Assembly (NCBI GenBank): GCA_007376635.1 | Contig: VMGQ01000010.1 | Span: forward strand, 1 to 35,073 | Length of the DNA stretch: 35,073 nucleotides | Direction: 5' to 3' | DNA from: Candidatus Peregrinibacteria bacterium Greene1014_49 | GTDB taxonomy: Bacteria; Patescibacteriota; Gracilibacteria; Peribacterales; Peribacteraceae | Shown: piece after piece, positions 9,823 to 18,171 of the stretch | Position numbering within the stretch: position 1 is the stretch's first letter | Layout of the letters: each line of letters opens with the position of its first letter | The notes under the pieces: generated by a model | The model's database searches: none | What the model was told of the DNA's origin: nothing | Seen by the model: only the letters and a program-made list of their open reading frames with translations | Made by a program: the position numbers and the translations under genes

Positions 9823-11104
9823 CCGGATTCCACTCCATCACCCCAAATCCGCTGTACATGTGCGTTTCATGTTTTGGCGGGCAAATGCCAGCTGCAGGAA
9901 AGAGGATGATTGTACCTGGAGCTGGAGGCTCGAACGGTGGTCGACGAAACAGTCCCGCCCGGAGAAGATTCTGCTCCTCAGCCAATACATCCATTTTCTG
10001 CACTCTCTGATCAACGGCAGAAGCAAGTGCCTCTCTATCTTTGCCGAAGGACGGTCGCAATTCTTTGCGCAATCCTTTCGCGATCGCCTCTGAAAGCACA
10101 TCACGTTTATTGTGCTGCATGACCCCGTAAAGATTTGCAAGAATTTGTGGAATGGTACAAGAAATGATATTCGCACAATTCCGAAGATTGATGAGAAGCT
10201 CTCCTCTCCCCTGCTTCCCGTATTCATCGCGCAACGCGTGCACCATCGTACTGCTCGGCTGATGGGGAACCACAAGTTCCGTGCGATCGGCAAATGCTTC
10301 TTGCTGAGAGACATACGCGATCGCATCGATCAGTGCTTTTTCCATAAGCTCTATCCCATGGCGATACACCGCCTCCCCATTCATAAGAATCGTCTGTGAC
10401 TCCGGACGTACTGCACCATCATATCCCGTGGCACTCCTGCGCTCGACCGGGAACATCGGTTTTCCATCACGTGCCTTTGAAGGAATTTCTACCTCTTTCA
10501 ATTCAGCATGCAGCAACGTATGCCCATGTCCGTTTCGAAGCGATGTGGCTGTTGCGGCATCCGCAAAGAGGGCTCCCGTTGCGTGATCACTTGCATCCGT
10601 TTGCAGGCTTTGCGTTTCAATATTGAGGAGGAGCACCTGCTCATCTGAGGGCAAATCCTCCAATGCCTTTTTCCCTCGCATCGCAAGATCCACAAAACCG
10701 CAGCAACCCGTATTCAGTGCAATGATCCGATCTCTACCAATATCGATTTCACGGCCGATACGCTGTGCCAGCTCTTCTGCATCCGCGAGCTCGAACATCG
10801 AATGGCAGACACCGAGCGCGCCGATTTTTGGATTCTCATTTCCCATTTTCGTTCTCCATGCATGAATTGCCGCACGCGCAAGGTCGATCGGCTCTTTGTC
10901 GGGACGTAAAATACGCCGCGAATGCACCCCCGTTATTCTTTCGATCGCCTCGACACTTGCAAATCTGTGCTTCAAAGTATGTGGATCAGCAGGATCGCTT
11001 GGACGTTGCAGGTCGAAAATCTTCTGGTTATCAACCACCTGAAACAGTGCGCCATCGGGATCATCGACGGAGGCAAAGGTGGTGAAGGCAGGTCTGCGAG
11101 ACAT
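9812..11104 (-). CDS. 3-oxoacyl-ACP synthase III (FabH/KAS III)-like thiolase-fold protein
   Basis: IERITGVHSRR, NTGCCGF (Cys), ALFADAATA, MNGEAVY, VVPHQPS (His), ANIISCTIP (Asn); extra insertion near the C-terminus. Confidence 0.82.
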   Translation of the reverse strand: MSRRPAFTTFASVDDPDGALFQVVDNQKIFDLQRPSDPADPHTLKHRFASVEAIERITGVHSRRILRPDKEPIDLARAAIHAWRTKMGNENPKIGALGVCHSMFELADAEELAQRIGREIDIGRDRIIALNTGCCGFVDLAMRGKKALEDLPSDEQVLLLNIETQSLQTDASDHATGALFADAATATSLRNGHGHTLLHAELKEVEIPSKARDGKPMFPVERRSATGYDGAVRPESQTILMNGEAVYRHGIELMEKALIDAIAYVSQQEAFADRTELVVPHQPSSTMVHALRDEYGKQGRGELLINLRNCANIISCTIPQILANLYGVMQHNKRDVLSEAIAKGLRKELRPSFGKDREALASAVDQRVQKMDVLAEEQNLLRAGLFRRPPFEPPAPGTIILFPAAGICPPKHETHMYSGFGVMEWNPVRG

Positions 11105-11157
11105 AAGGGGAGCATGCTATCCCTACGGCAAGACGCAAACGAGAAAAATAGGAAACA

Positions 11158-11946
11158 TTATCGCCGAAAATGTTCAACATAGAGCTGTCCCGGCTGCCCT
11201 TGTATATCCTTGCTGTGTCCGGCTCCATGGATGACTGTGCCTTTAAAAACGGAAATATTACCGCGAACCGGCAGACGCTCGACTTTATGCATCCTGGATC
11301 GCACATCATCTTCCAGATCGAGGATCGCTCTGCGCTGGGTTGGGAATGCATCAAATGCGTTGTAGAGAGATTGTGTTAATTGCACTGCATGAGTATGGGG
11401 ATCATCGCCATGAGACGTAAGAATTCTCTCCGCACCGGTACCGAGAATCGAACGAATACTGGTGGAAGCCGACAGAATGAGTTCCCTGAATTCACATTCA
11501 TCGAGAACAAATTCTGTAGGTCTATTTCCACTCTCTGTGGAAAGTGCAGCCGTAAAACCATAATGCGTATGCAGGCATTGCGCATGGTAGTCGCTGTTAT
11601 CAGCAGATCGACGCGAAAGCATGTAGGCATCCTTCGATCCATAGACAATGGAAAAACCTGCGTTGTCCCAGAACATCTGATCGGATTCATCAGTCTCTGG
11701 ATCGCAATCTTCTTCCTTCGGATCGAAAACCTCTTCCGGCTGAATAAAAACGGCACGATATCTCTTTTTCTCTAGATCATCTCCTATGCGTGACTTCAAC
11801 TCACGGAGAAAAAGTGCATACAATTGCTCGATAGTGAATTGCCCCTGTAAATGAATGACCGGTGCAAAGAGCTCCCCATTGGAGGAACAATGTTCATCAA
11901 TCTGCTTTGTGCCATCGTATGCGAGAATACTCAGTGATTTCATCAT
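11158..11946 (-). CDS. hypothetical protein (262 aa)
   Basis: Long ORF filling the gap between the KAS III-like gene and leuS; no recognised motif. Confidence 0.6.
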   Translation of the reverse strand: MMKSLSILAYDGTKQIDEHCSSNGELFAPVIHLQGQFTIEQLYALFLRELKSRIGDDLEKKRYRAVFIQPEEVFDPKEEDCDPETDESDQMFWDNAGFSIVYGSKDAYMLSRRSADNSDYHAQCLHTHYGFTAALSTESGNRPTEFVLDECEFRELILSASTSIRSILGTGAERILTSHGDDPHTHAVQLTQSLYNAFDAFPTQRRAILDLEDDVRSRMHKVERLPVRGNISVFKGTVIHGAGHSKDIQGQPGQLYVEHFRR

Positions 11947-12005
11947 CTGGATACAGATTCACAGATAAAAATTTTGAGCATTAAAAACCTTTTAATATAC
12001 ATTGT

Positions 12006-14495
12006 CTAGGATTCTGCAACAAAACTCACTAATTTCCCCTGCACATAAATCTCCTTCTTTATCCCTCCTGCTATGTACTTCTTTACATTCTCCTCCTCCT
12101 TTGCAGCAGCAATAATCTCCTCTTTTGAGGCTTTCGCATCCACCTCCATACTTGCCCGCAGTTTTCCATTCACCTGCACCACAATCGTCATTGTATCGCT
12201 TTTGAGGAGTTTCGGATCGAATGCCGGCCAGTGCTGATCAATAATAAAACCCGTACCGCCTGTCATCTCCCAAAGTTCCTCCGCCAAATGCGGTGCAAGT
12301 GGTGCGAGTAATTTTGCAATGGTTTGTCCAACATCGACAGGAATCGTCTCTTCTTTTTCCAGTTCATTGAGAAGAGACATGAGCGCGCTCAGTGCCGTAT
12401 TAAAATGCAACTGCGCAATATCATCTCCGACTTTTTTGATGGTGGCATGCAACTTCGACATCGTCGCAGCAGGCAATCCCTTTAATCCTTTATTTCCTTT
12501 ATCTCCTTTATTCCCTTTCTCCAACTTCTCTTCAAATAACCGAAAAAGCCTAAACACAAACCGATCAATCCCCTTGATCCCTGCATCATTCCAATCCCCT
12601 CCGTCGGTATAGGGACCGGTGAACATCAGATACATCCGGAAGACATCGCTGCCGTGTCTGTCCACAAACGCATCCGGAGAAACCACGTTCCCGCGACTTT
12701 TACTCATCTTCGCTCCCTTATGCGTAATCGTCCCCTGATGAACAACTTTTTTGAACGGCTCTTCGATTGATACAAAGCCAAAATCCTTAAGTGCCATCAT
12801 GACAAAGCGTGCATAGATGAGATGCATACACGCATGTTCTGCTCCCCCAACATAGCAATCCGCGGGCATCCAGGTCTTTTCCATGTGCGGATCCACCAAA
12901 CTTTCCGCTTTCATCTTCTTGCTTTCCATTTTCATTCCATGTCCTTCTGATTGCAGATACATCAAATAATAAAAGCTACTGCACACAAATGTATCCATCG
13001 TATCGAACTCCGGCGTCCAGCCTTTGCCGAAAATCTTCTCGGTGCGCTCGCGGAATTCTTTGGAATAATACAGAGGCGATTTTCCGGTCGGCTTGAACTC
13101 GACATCGGTCGGAAGAAGCCACGGAAGATGCTCCTCAGGAACCGGATGGGGATTACCTTCCGGATCGTACACAATCGGAATCGGTGCGCCCCAGTAGCGC
13201 TGGCGCGAGACGAGCCAGTCGCGAAGCCGGAAGTGCACAGTGCGCGTACCAAATCCTTCCTCCTCGATGTAGTCGATAATTTCATTGCGTGCGTGATGCC
13301 AGGTTTTGCCGGCAAGTTCAGGCGGATCAATGAGAATACCATCGGGCGCTTTGCAATATGCCACTTCAAAGTTCTCTACTTTGGCTCGGAGCTCTGCATC
13401 GGGCGGAACCATCGCGAGCTTCAAGGGGATGCCATACTTCTTTGCAAACGCGAAATCACGCTCGTCATGGGCGGAGCAGTTCACGATTCCTGTTCCATAA
13501 TCCGCAACGACGTACGATGCAATCCAGATCGGGAGATCGCCGGTGCCGAAGGGATTTTCGATGTAGCGACCGGTGAAAATGCCCTCCATATCCGTTTGAA
13601 TATTGAACCGGTTGCCCGCTTTCTTCTTTCGAATGTATTCCACAAATTCCTGCACAGGTTTTTCATGCGACGTTCCTTGAATCAACTTCTCCACAAGGGA
13701 ATGCTCGGGAGCGATCACCGTAAAGGTTTGCGCAAGAAACGTCTGCGGAACCGTATCGAAGACTTCCACTTCGATGTTCAGGTCTTTGATCTTCTCTTTG
13801 AACTTCACACCCTCGCTGCGCCCGATCCAATTCCTCTGCATCGTCTTCGTTTTTTCAGGCCAATCGAGTCCATCAAGATTCTTCAAGAGTTTTTCCGCGT
13901 ACTGCGTGATCTTCCAGAACCATTGCGTCAGAGGCTTTTGCACAACCGTAGTTCCGCAGCGCTCGCAGGTGCCGTCTTGCGCTTGTTCATTGGCAAGTAC
14001 CGTCTGACAGCTGGGACAGAAATTTACGTTCGCTTCTTTGTGGTAACAAAGCTTGTGACTATACATCTGCAAAAACAGCCACTGCGTCCAGCGGTAATAC
14101 TCCGGGGTAGAGGTATTCACCATCCTGCTCCAATCGAACATGCACCCCATGCGCTTGAGCTGGAGGATCATGGTATCGACATTTTTCCTGGTCGATGCAT
14201 CAGGATGCACGCCGGTCTTCACCGCATGGTTTTCCGCGGGGAGCCCAAACGCATCAAATCCCATCGGCTCAAAAACATCTTTCCCATGCATGCGCATGAA
14301 GCGGTAGTAGCTATCTGCGGGGGCGTAGCTGTACCAATGCCCGATGTGTAATCTATCCCCGCTCGGGTACGGAAACATCATCATTCCATAATACGGATCT
14401 TTGGCTTTCTTTAAATCTGTCTTGTACACGCCGGCGTCCTCCCAGCGCTTTTGCCATTTGGATTCAATCGTAGAGGGGTCGTAGGAGCGGGGCAT
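12006..14495 (-). CDS. leuS: leucine--tRNA ligase
   Basis: MFPYPSG.LHIGH, GFDAFGLPAEN, CPSCQTVLANEQ, DWLVSRQRYWGAPIP, GGAEHA..HL, KMSKS, VQVNGKLR; start at ATG 14495 (MPRSY). Confidence 0.98.
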   Translation of the reverse strand: MPRSYDPSTIESKWQKRWEDAGVYKTDLKKAKDPYYGMMMFPYPSGDRLHIGHWYSYAPADSYYRFMRMHGKDVFEPMGFDAFGLPAENHAVKTGVHPDASTRKNVDTMILQLKRMGCMFDWSRMVNTSTPEYYRWTQWLFLQMYSHKLCYHKEANVNFCPSCQTVLANEQAQDGTCERCGTTVVQKPLTQWFWKITQYAEKLLKNLDGLDWPEKTKTMQRNWIGRSEGVKFKEKIKDLNIEVEVFDTVPQTFLAQTFTVIAPEHSLVEKLIQGTSHEKPVQEFVEYIRKKKAGNRFNIQTDMEGIFTGRYIENPFGTGDLPIWIASYVVADYGTGIVNCSAHDERDFAFAKKYGIPLKLAMVPPDAELRAKVENFEVAYCKAPDGILIDPPELAGKTWHHARNEIIDYIEEEGFGTRTVHFRLRDWLVSRQRYWGAPIPIVYDPEGNPHPVPEEHLPWLLPTDVEFKPTGKSPLYYSKEFRERTEKIFGKGWTPEFDTMDTFVCSSFYYLMYLQSEGHGMKMESKKMKAESLVDPHMEKTWMPADCYVGGAEHACMHLIYARFVMMALKDFGFVSIEEPFKKVVHQGTITHKGAKMSKSRGNVVSPDAFVDRHGSDVFRMYLMFTGPYTDGGDWNDAGIKGIDRFVFRLFRLFEEKLEKGNKGDKGNKGLKGLPAATMSKLHATIKKVGDDIAQLHFNTALSALMSLLNELEKEETIPVDVGQTIAKLLAPLAPHLAEELWEMTGGTGFIIDQHWPAFDPKLLKSDTMTIVVQVNGKLRASMEVDAKASKEEIIAAAKEEENVKKYIAGGIKKEIYVQGKLVSFVAES
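12474..12518. repeat. in-frame 9-bp tandem repeat (5 units) inside leuS
   Basis: caatccctt/taatccttt/atttccttt/atctccttt/attcccttt encoding KGN KGD KGN KGL KGL. Confidence 0.75.
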
Positions 14496-14560
14496 CGGGC
14501 GGAATGATAACAATTATCATGCGGAAGCGGAATTCTTTTGCTACAATAGCGATTCGCACA

Positions 14561-15973
14561 ATGTCCCACCTCCCCCTCGTAGCCATCGTCGGCCGCCCCA
14601 ATACGGGAAAATCCCGGCTGTTTAATAGAATCATCGGCCAGAGGAAAGCGATTGTGAGCGATATTCCAGGCACGACCAGAGATCAAGTGGCAAGCAAAGT
14701 AGAAACAGACAGCGTCGATTATCTGCTCGTAGATACCGGAGGCATGGGAGGAGGGACGGTGGATACGGACTTTGAAGATGACGTCGAGGCGCAGTCCAAA
14801 CTCGCAATCGAACACGCAGATGTCATTGTCCTCGTACTTTCGGGGAAAGATGATCTCACGAGTGCCGATCATGCAGTGGCAAAAGTATTACGGACGCGAA
14901 AGCGCAGGCATGTGCCGGTGATCGTCGCTGTCAACAAGATCGATAACCCGTCAAAAATCGATGAACTTCTGCCACAGTACTACGAGCTTGGCATCGGGGA
15001 TCCGTTGATTCCTGTGAGCGCAGCACACGGTTCGGGATTCGGCATGCTTGAGGATGCGATCGCGGAAGAACTTAAGAAACTACACTTTACAAAAGGAGAA
15101 GGAACACCTTCGATCCATCCTGAAACCATCGAAGATGAGGAAGCTCTCATACAAAAGCAGACAGCAGCAATTCCCCGGATTGCAGTAGTCGGCAAACCCA
15201 ATGTGGGGAAAAGCTCGATTGTGAATGCATTGATGTCCGATCCGCAGCGTGCAGTCTCTCCGCGCATCGTTTCAGAAATTCCCGGGACAACCCGGGATGC
15301 GGGAGACACAATCATTCGCTACAAAGACCGCGATTACATTTTTGTGGATACCGCGGGTATCAAAAAAAAGAAAGAAGAGACGCCGGGACTGGAGACCCTC
15401 GCCTACTTCCGCTCGATCCAAGCCATAGGCAACAGTGATGTCGTCGTTCTTGTGCTCGATGGAACACAAGCAATCACGCGCCAAGACAAGCGGATCGCAC
15501 AAATGTGCATAGAAGAAGGTAAAGGCCTCATTCTCGCCGTTAACAAATCCGATGGCATGAGTCTGGAGCAGAAGAAAAACACGATCGAGGATGTGCACCT
15601 CACCATCCCCTTCTGCCGCTTTGCATCCGTGATTCTCTGCTCCGCAACATCGAGAGACGGACTCCTAAAGCTCTTCGATGCGATAGAAACTGTCGAGCGC
15701 AACCGCAGTCGCAGAATTCCGACGAAGGCACTAAACGACTGGTACAGCGCCACTATTCGCGGGCAGCCCATGGGCGAACTCGCCAAGAGCAAATACATTA
15801 CGCAAACTGATGGTGTCCCACCGACCTTCGTGGTCTTTGTAAAAGATCCAAAGAAAGTGAAAGTTTCGGAGCTGAAGTTTCTGGAGAGAAGGCTGCGAAG
15901 TACGTTTGCGTTTGAGGGAACAACCGTGCGATGGATAACGAAAGCCAGTGCAAAGGGGGAAGTGCGATGGTAG
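14561..15973 (+). CDS. der: ribosome biogenesis GTPase Der (EngA)
   Basis: Two G domains: GRPNTGKS/PGTTRD/DTGG/NKID and GKPNVGKS/PGTTRD/DTAG/NKSD, plus KH-like C-terminus (PPTF...FEGT); start at ATG 14561. Confidence 0.97.
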   Translation: MSHLPLVAIVGRPNTGKSRLFNRIIGQRKAIVSDIPGTTRDQVASKVETDSVDYLLVDTGGMGGGTVDTDFEDDVEAQSKLAIEHADVIVLVLSGKDDLTSADHAVAKVLRTRKRRHVPVIVAVNKIDNPSKIDELLPQYYELGIGDPLIPVSAAHGSGFGMLEDAIAEELKKLHFTKGEGTPSIHPETIEDEEALIQKQTAAIPRIAVVGKPNVGKSSIVNALMSDPQRAVSPRIVSEIPGTTRDAGDTIIRYKDRDYIFVDTAGIKKKKEETPGLETLAYFRSIQAIGNSDVVVLVLDGTQAITRQDKRIAQMCIEEGKGLILAVNKSDGMSLEQKKNTIEDVHLTIPFCRFASVILCSATSRDGLLKLFDAIETVERNRSRRIPTKALNDWYSATIRGQPMGELAKSKYITQTDGVPPTFVVFVKDPKKVKVSELKFLERRLRSTFAFEGTTVRWITKASAKGEVRW

Positions 15974-15979
15974 TGGAAA

Positions 15980-16589
15980 TTACCCTCGTCCTTGTCTCAG
16001 ATCCTTCACTCTCCCATCTTCGTGAATGGGCAGCGGGAATGCCTTGATTACCACTTCGAGTTTGGTCAGGAGCACCTTCGGATCGTCGTCGAAGACCATA
16101 TTCGGAGGGACCTTTCTTTTGCACAGCTCCTCGACAATGTGCGGGATGGAATTGCTGACGCCGCCGGTATTCGTGAGAATCCCGATCGGGCGACCTTCGT
16201 CATAGGCGATGGTGAATTCATTGAGCGTTGCCGATGCCCCCGCCGACAATGATGATGCCATCGCTACTCCGGATATTGATGATGTCGCGCTCCATGAACC
16301 CCTGCCCCGTGTAGAGGATAATGTCATTGTCATGCGGGGAAAGGTATTCGTTCACATGCTCGTACTCAGAAAACGCCGGCGATACACCGATCGTGAGTCC
16401 CCCTGCTTCTTCCGCACCAAGGAGCGCATCATGCGGCAACCCCGGACACGCACCGTTGATGAGGATATGTCCACGCTTGGCGATTTCTTCACCAAGTTTA
16501 TGCGCCGCAGCACGTGCATGTGGATCCTCCGTCTGTGGACCGGATGCCGAACCCATCACGCCGATTTTGAGTTTGTGGTGGTAGCTCAC
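15980..16589 (-). pseudogene. LOG/SLOG family (TIGR00725-like) protein split by a one-base frameshift (pseudogene or sequence error)
   Basis: KIGVMGSA...LGEEIA...NGACPGLP...TIGVSP...IYTG-like LYTGQG...SDGIIIVGGGIG in one frame; TLNEFTIAYDEGRPIGIL in another; removing one base at 16228/16229 restores GGGIGTLNE. Confidence 0.85.
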
Positions 16590-16691
16590 AGCAGGAGTAA
16601 GTGTAGAACGAATAGAACCTTTAATGATATTGATGTTCTCTTTTGTATTATACCATATTTGATGGTACTTTGCACCATCACCTCCATGTGC

Positions 16692-17699
16692 TTATTTGTT
16701 CAAATACTCGATCCGATTCAAATTGTGCTCCTCATTGGTCACCGCATAGTGAATCTTCCCGTTGCGATCATGAAGGTAGTACCAGTATGAAGAATCTGTA
16801 GGGCGTAATGCTGCCTCGATACTTCTTCTCCCAGAATTGGCAATCGGCCCCGGAGGAAGCCCACGAAATTTTCGGGTGTTGTAAGGGGAATCCACATTCA
16901 GATCTCCTGCAGTAATCGTGGAAGAAGGTTTCTGCAGAATGTACCGGATGGTGGCATCCACCCCGAGTCCCCGGCCATCATCGAAGCGTTTCCAAAGGAT
17001 GCCGGAAATGACAGGGCGCTCGGCATCGGTGATTGCTTCTTCTTCTATGAGGGAAGCCATTGCGAGAATTTCATGGAAACTCCGACCGGATAGTCCCACT
17101 TCTCCCCCAAGCTCATCGATCACCTTCATACGAAAATTCGTAAGCAAGCGATGAAGGAAAGCTTCAGGGGAAAATGATTCCACGCTGACGAAATAGGTAT
17201 CGGGAAAGAGATATCCTTCGACCTTTCCTCCGCGAGGCGCAAAGCCATCGGATAGCGGAAGGAATGCAAATTCTTGAAGATCGCACTCCTGTGTGCAGCG
17301 GAGAAATGCCCCTGTCGCTGAGAGATTCTTTTTCACGAGTAAGGCATCGATATCCGTAACGGTAAACCCTTCAGGGATGGTAACGGCGATCTCTAGTGCC
17401 TTGCCGCTTTGCAATGCTTCGATGATTTCTCCCTGTGTCATTCCGGAATGTAGAATAAATGTCCCTGCTTGCAGACTTGCATCAGCACCAAGGAGTCTCG
17501 TATGAATGCGAAATGCCAAAGGAGAGCGCAAAACGCCACGGTCATGCAGAACTTCAGCAATACCTCGTGTGGATGTTCCCGCTTCGATGCGCACACTCAC
17601 GCGGTCGTTATTCCCGAAATCAGCGGGTCTCAGAGAGAAACGGTACCAGACAAGGCTACACGCCAAGATCGCTGGGATGAGGAGGAAAAGCTTTCTCAC
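16692..17699 (-). CDS. mltG: endolytic transglycosylase MltG
   Basis: N-terminal TM, LQAG, VTIPEG, EGYLFPDTY, ASLIEEEA, D(A)TIRY, SPYNTR..GLPPGPIANSG, YYLHD, EEH; start GTG 17699 (alternative ATG 17723). Confidence 0.95.
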   Translation of the reverse strand: MRKLFLLIPAILACSLVWYRFSLRPADFGNNDRVSVRIEAGTSTRGIAEVLHDRGVLRSPLAFRIHTRLLGADASLQAGTFILHSGMTQGEIIEALQSGKALEIAVTIPEGFTVTDIDALLVKKNLSATGAFLRCTQECDLQEFAFLPLSDGFAPRGGKVEGYLFPDTYFVSVESFSPEAFLHRLLTNFRMKVIDELGGEVGLSGRSFHEILAMASLIEEEAITDAERPVISGILWKRFDDGRGLGVDATIRYILQKPSSTITAGDLNVDSPYNTRKFRGLPPGPIANSGRRSIEAALRPTDSSYWYYLHDRNGKIHYAVTNEEHNLNRIEYLNK

Positions 17700-17736
17700 G
17701 AAAAGAGTATCGCGGAAAAACATGCAACGCGGAATG

Positions 17737-18048
17737 CTAATTCCCCATTTCCCGCATTCCCTTCTCCGTCGGTAAACCCATCTCTTTATATACTCCCTGC
17801 ATTTTCTCTGCAGAAACAATCTGTGCCTTCTTCAAGGCACGATTTAAGGCATCTTTGAGAAGAGCGGGTACGCGTTCGCGCGGTACGCTTTCTCCAATGG
17901 CAATCGAAAGGATTTCTTGCTCTCCGGAGACAACGACCGCCACGCCCTCGGCTTCTGCTTCCACCTGAATCTTCTGCAAATCTTTCTTCACGCGCTTGGC
18001 TTCGCGCTGAATGCGGAACATGTCACGTGCTTGGGAGAGAGAGACCAT
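17737..18048 (-). CDS. YbaB/EbfC family nucleoid-associated protein
   Basis: QREAKRVKKDLQKIQVEAEAEGVAVVVSGEQEILSIAI...LKDALNRALKKAQ; start at ATG 18048. Confidence 0.88.
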   Translation of the reverse strand: MVSLSQARDMFRIQREAKRVKKDLQKIQVEAEAEGVAVVVSGEQEILSIAIGESVPRERVPALLKDALNRALKKAQIVSAEKMQGVYKEMGLPTEKGMREMGN

Positions 18049-18094
18049 AGGAGAAGAAAGTATAAACAGTGTTGCAGAAGAGAGCTTCGGAGTG

Positions 18095-18171
18095 AAGGGC
18101 AGAAAGAGTAGGAAAGGCAGAAATGCATCGTATTTTTTGCCTTTCCTGCCCTTTCTCACGTTTCTGCCTTT
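18095..18171. repeat. inverted array of 9-bp units (hairpin, possible terminator)
   Basis: AAGGGCAGA AAGAGTAGG AAAGGCAGA facing TTTGCCTTT CCTGCCCTT TCTCACGTT TCTGCCTTT. Confidence 0.7.

Noticed and set aside
12951..14351. 466-aa plus-strand ORF, and similar long antisense ORFs (4163-4804, 19817-20635, 22658-23425, 27296-28039, 33883-34497)
   Set aside because: They lie opposite well-supported genes and show no motifs; expected codon-bias shadows
16218..16220. UGA-to-Gly recoding (code 25, as in Gracilibacteria) to explain the split LOG gene
   Set aside because: The continuation is in a different frame; long genes have no in-frame TGA, and TGA at 30362-30364 falls at a natural C-terminus
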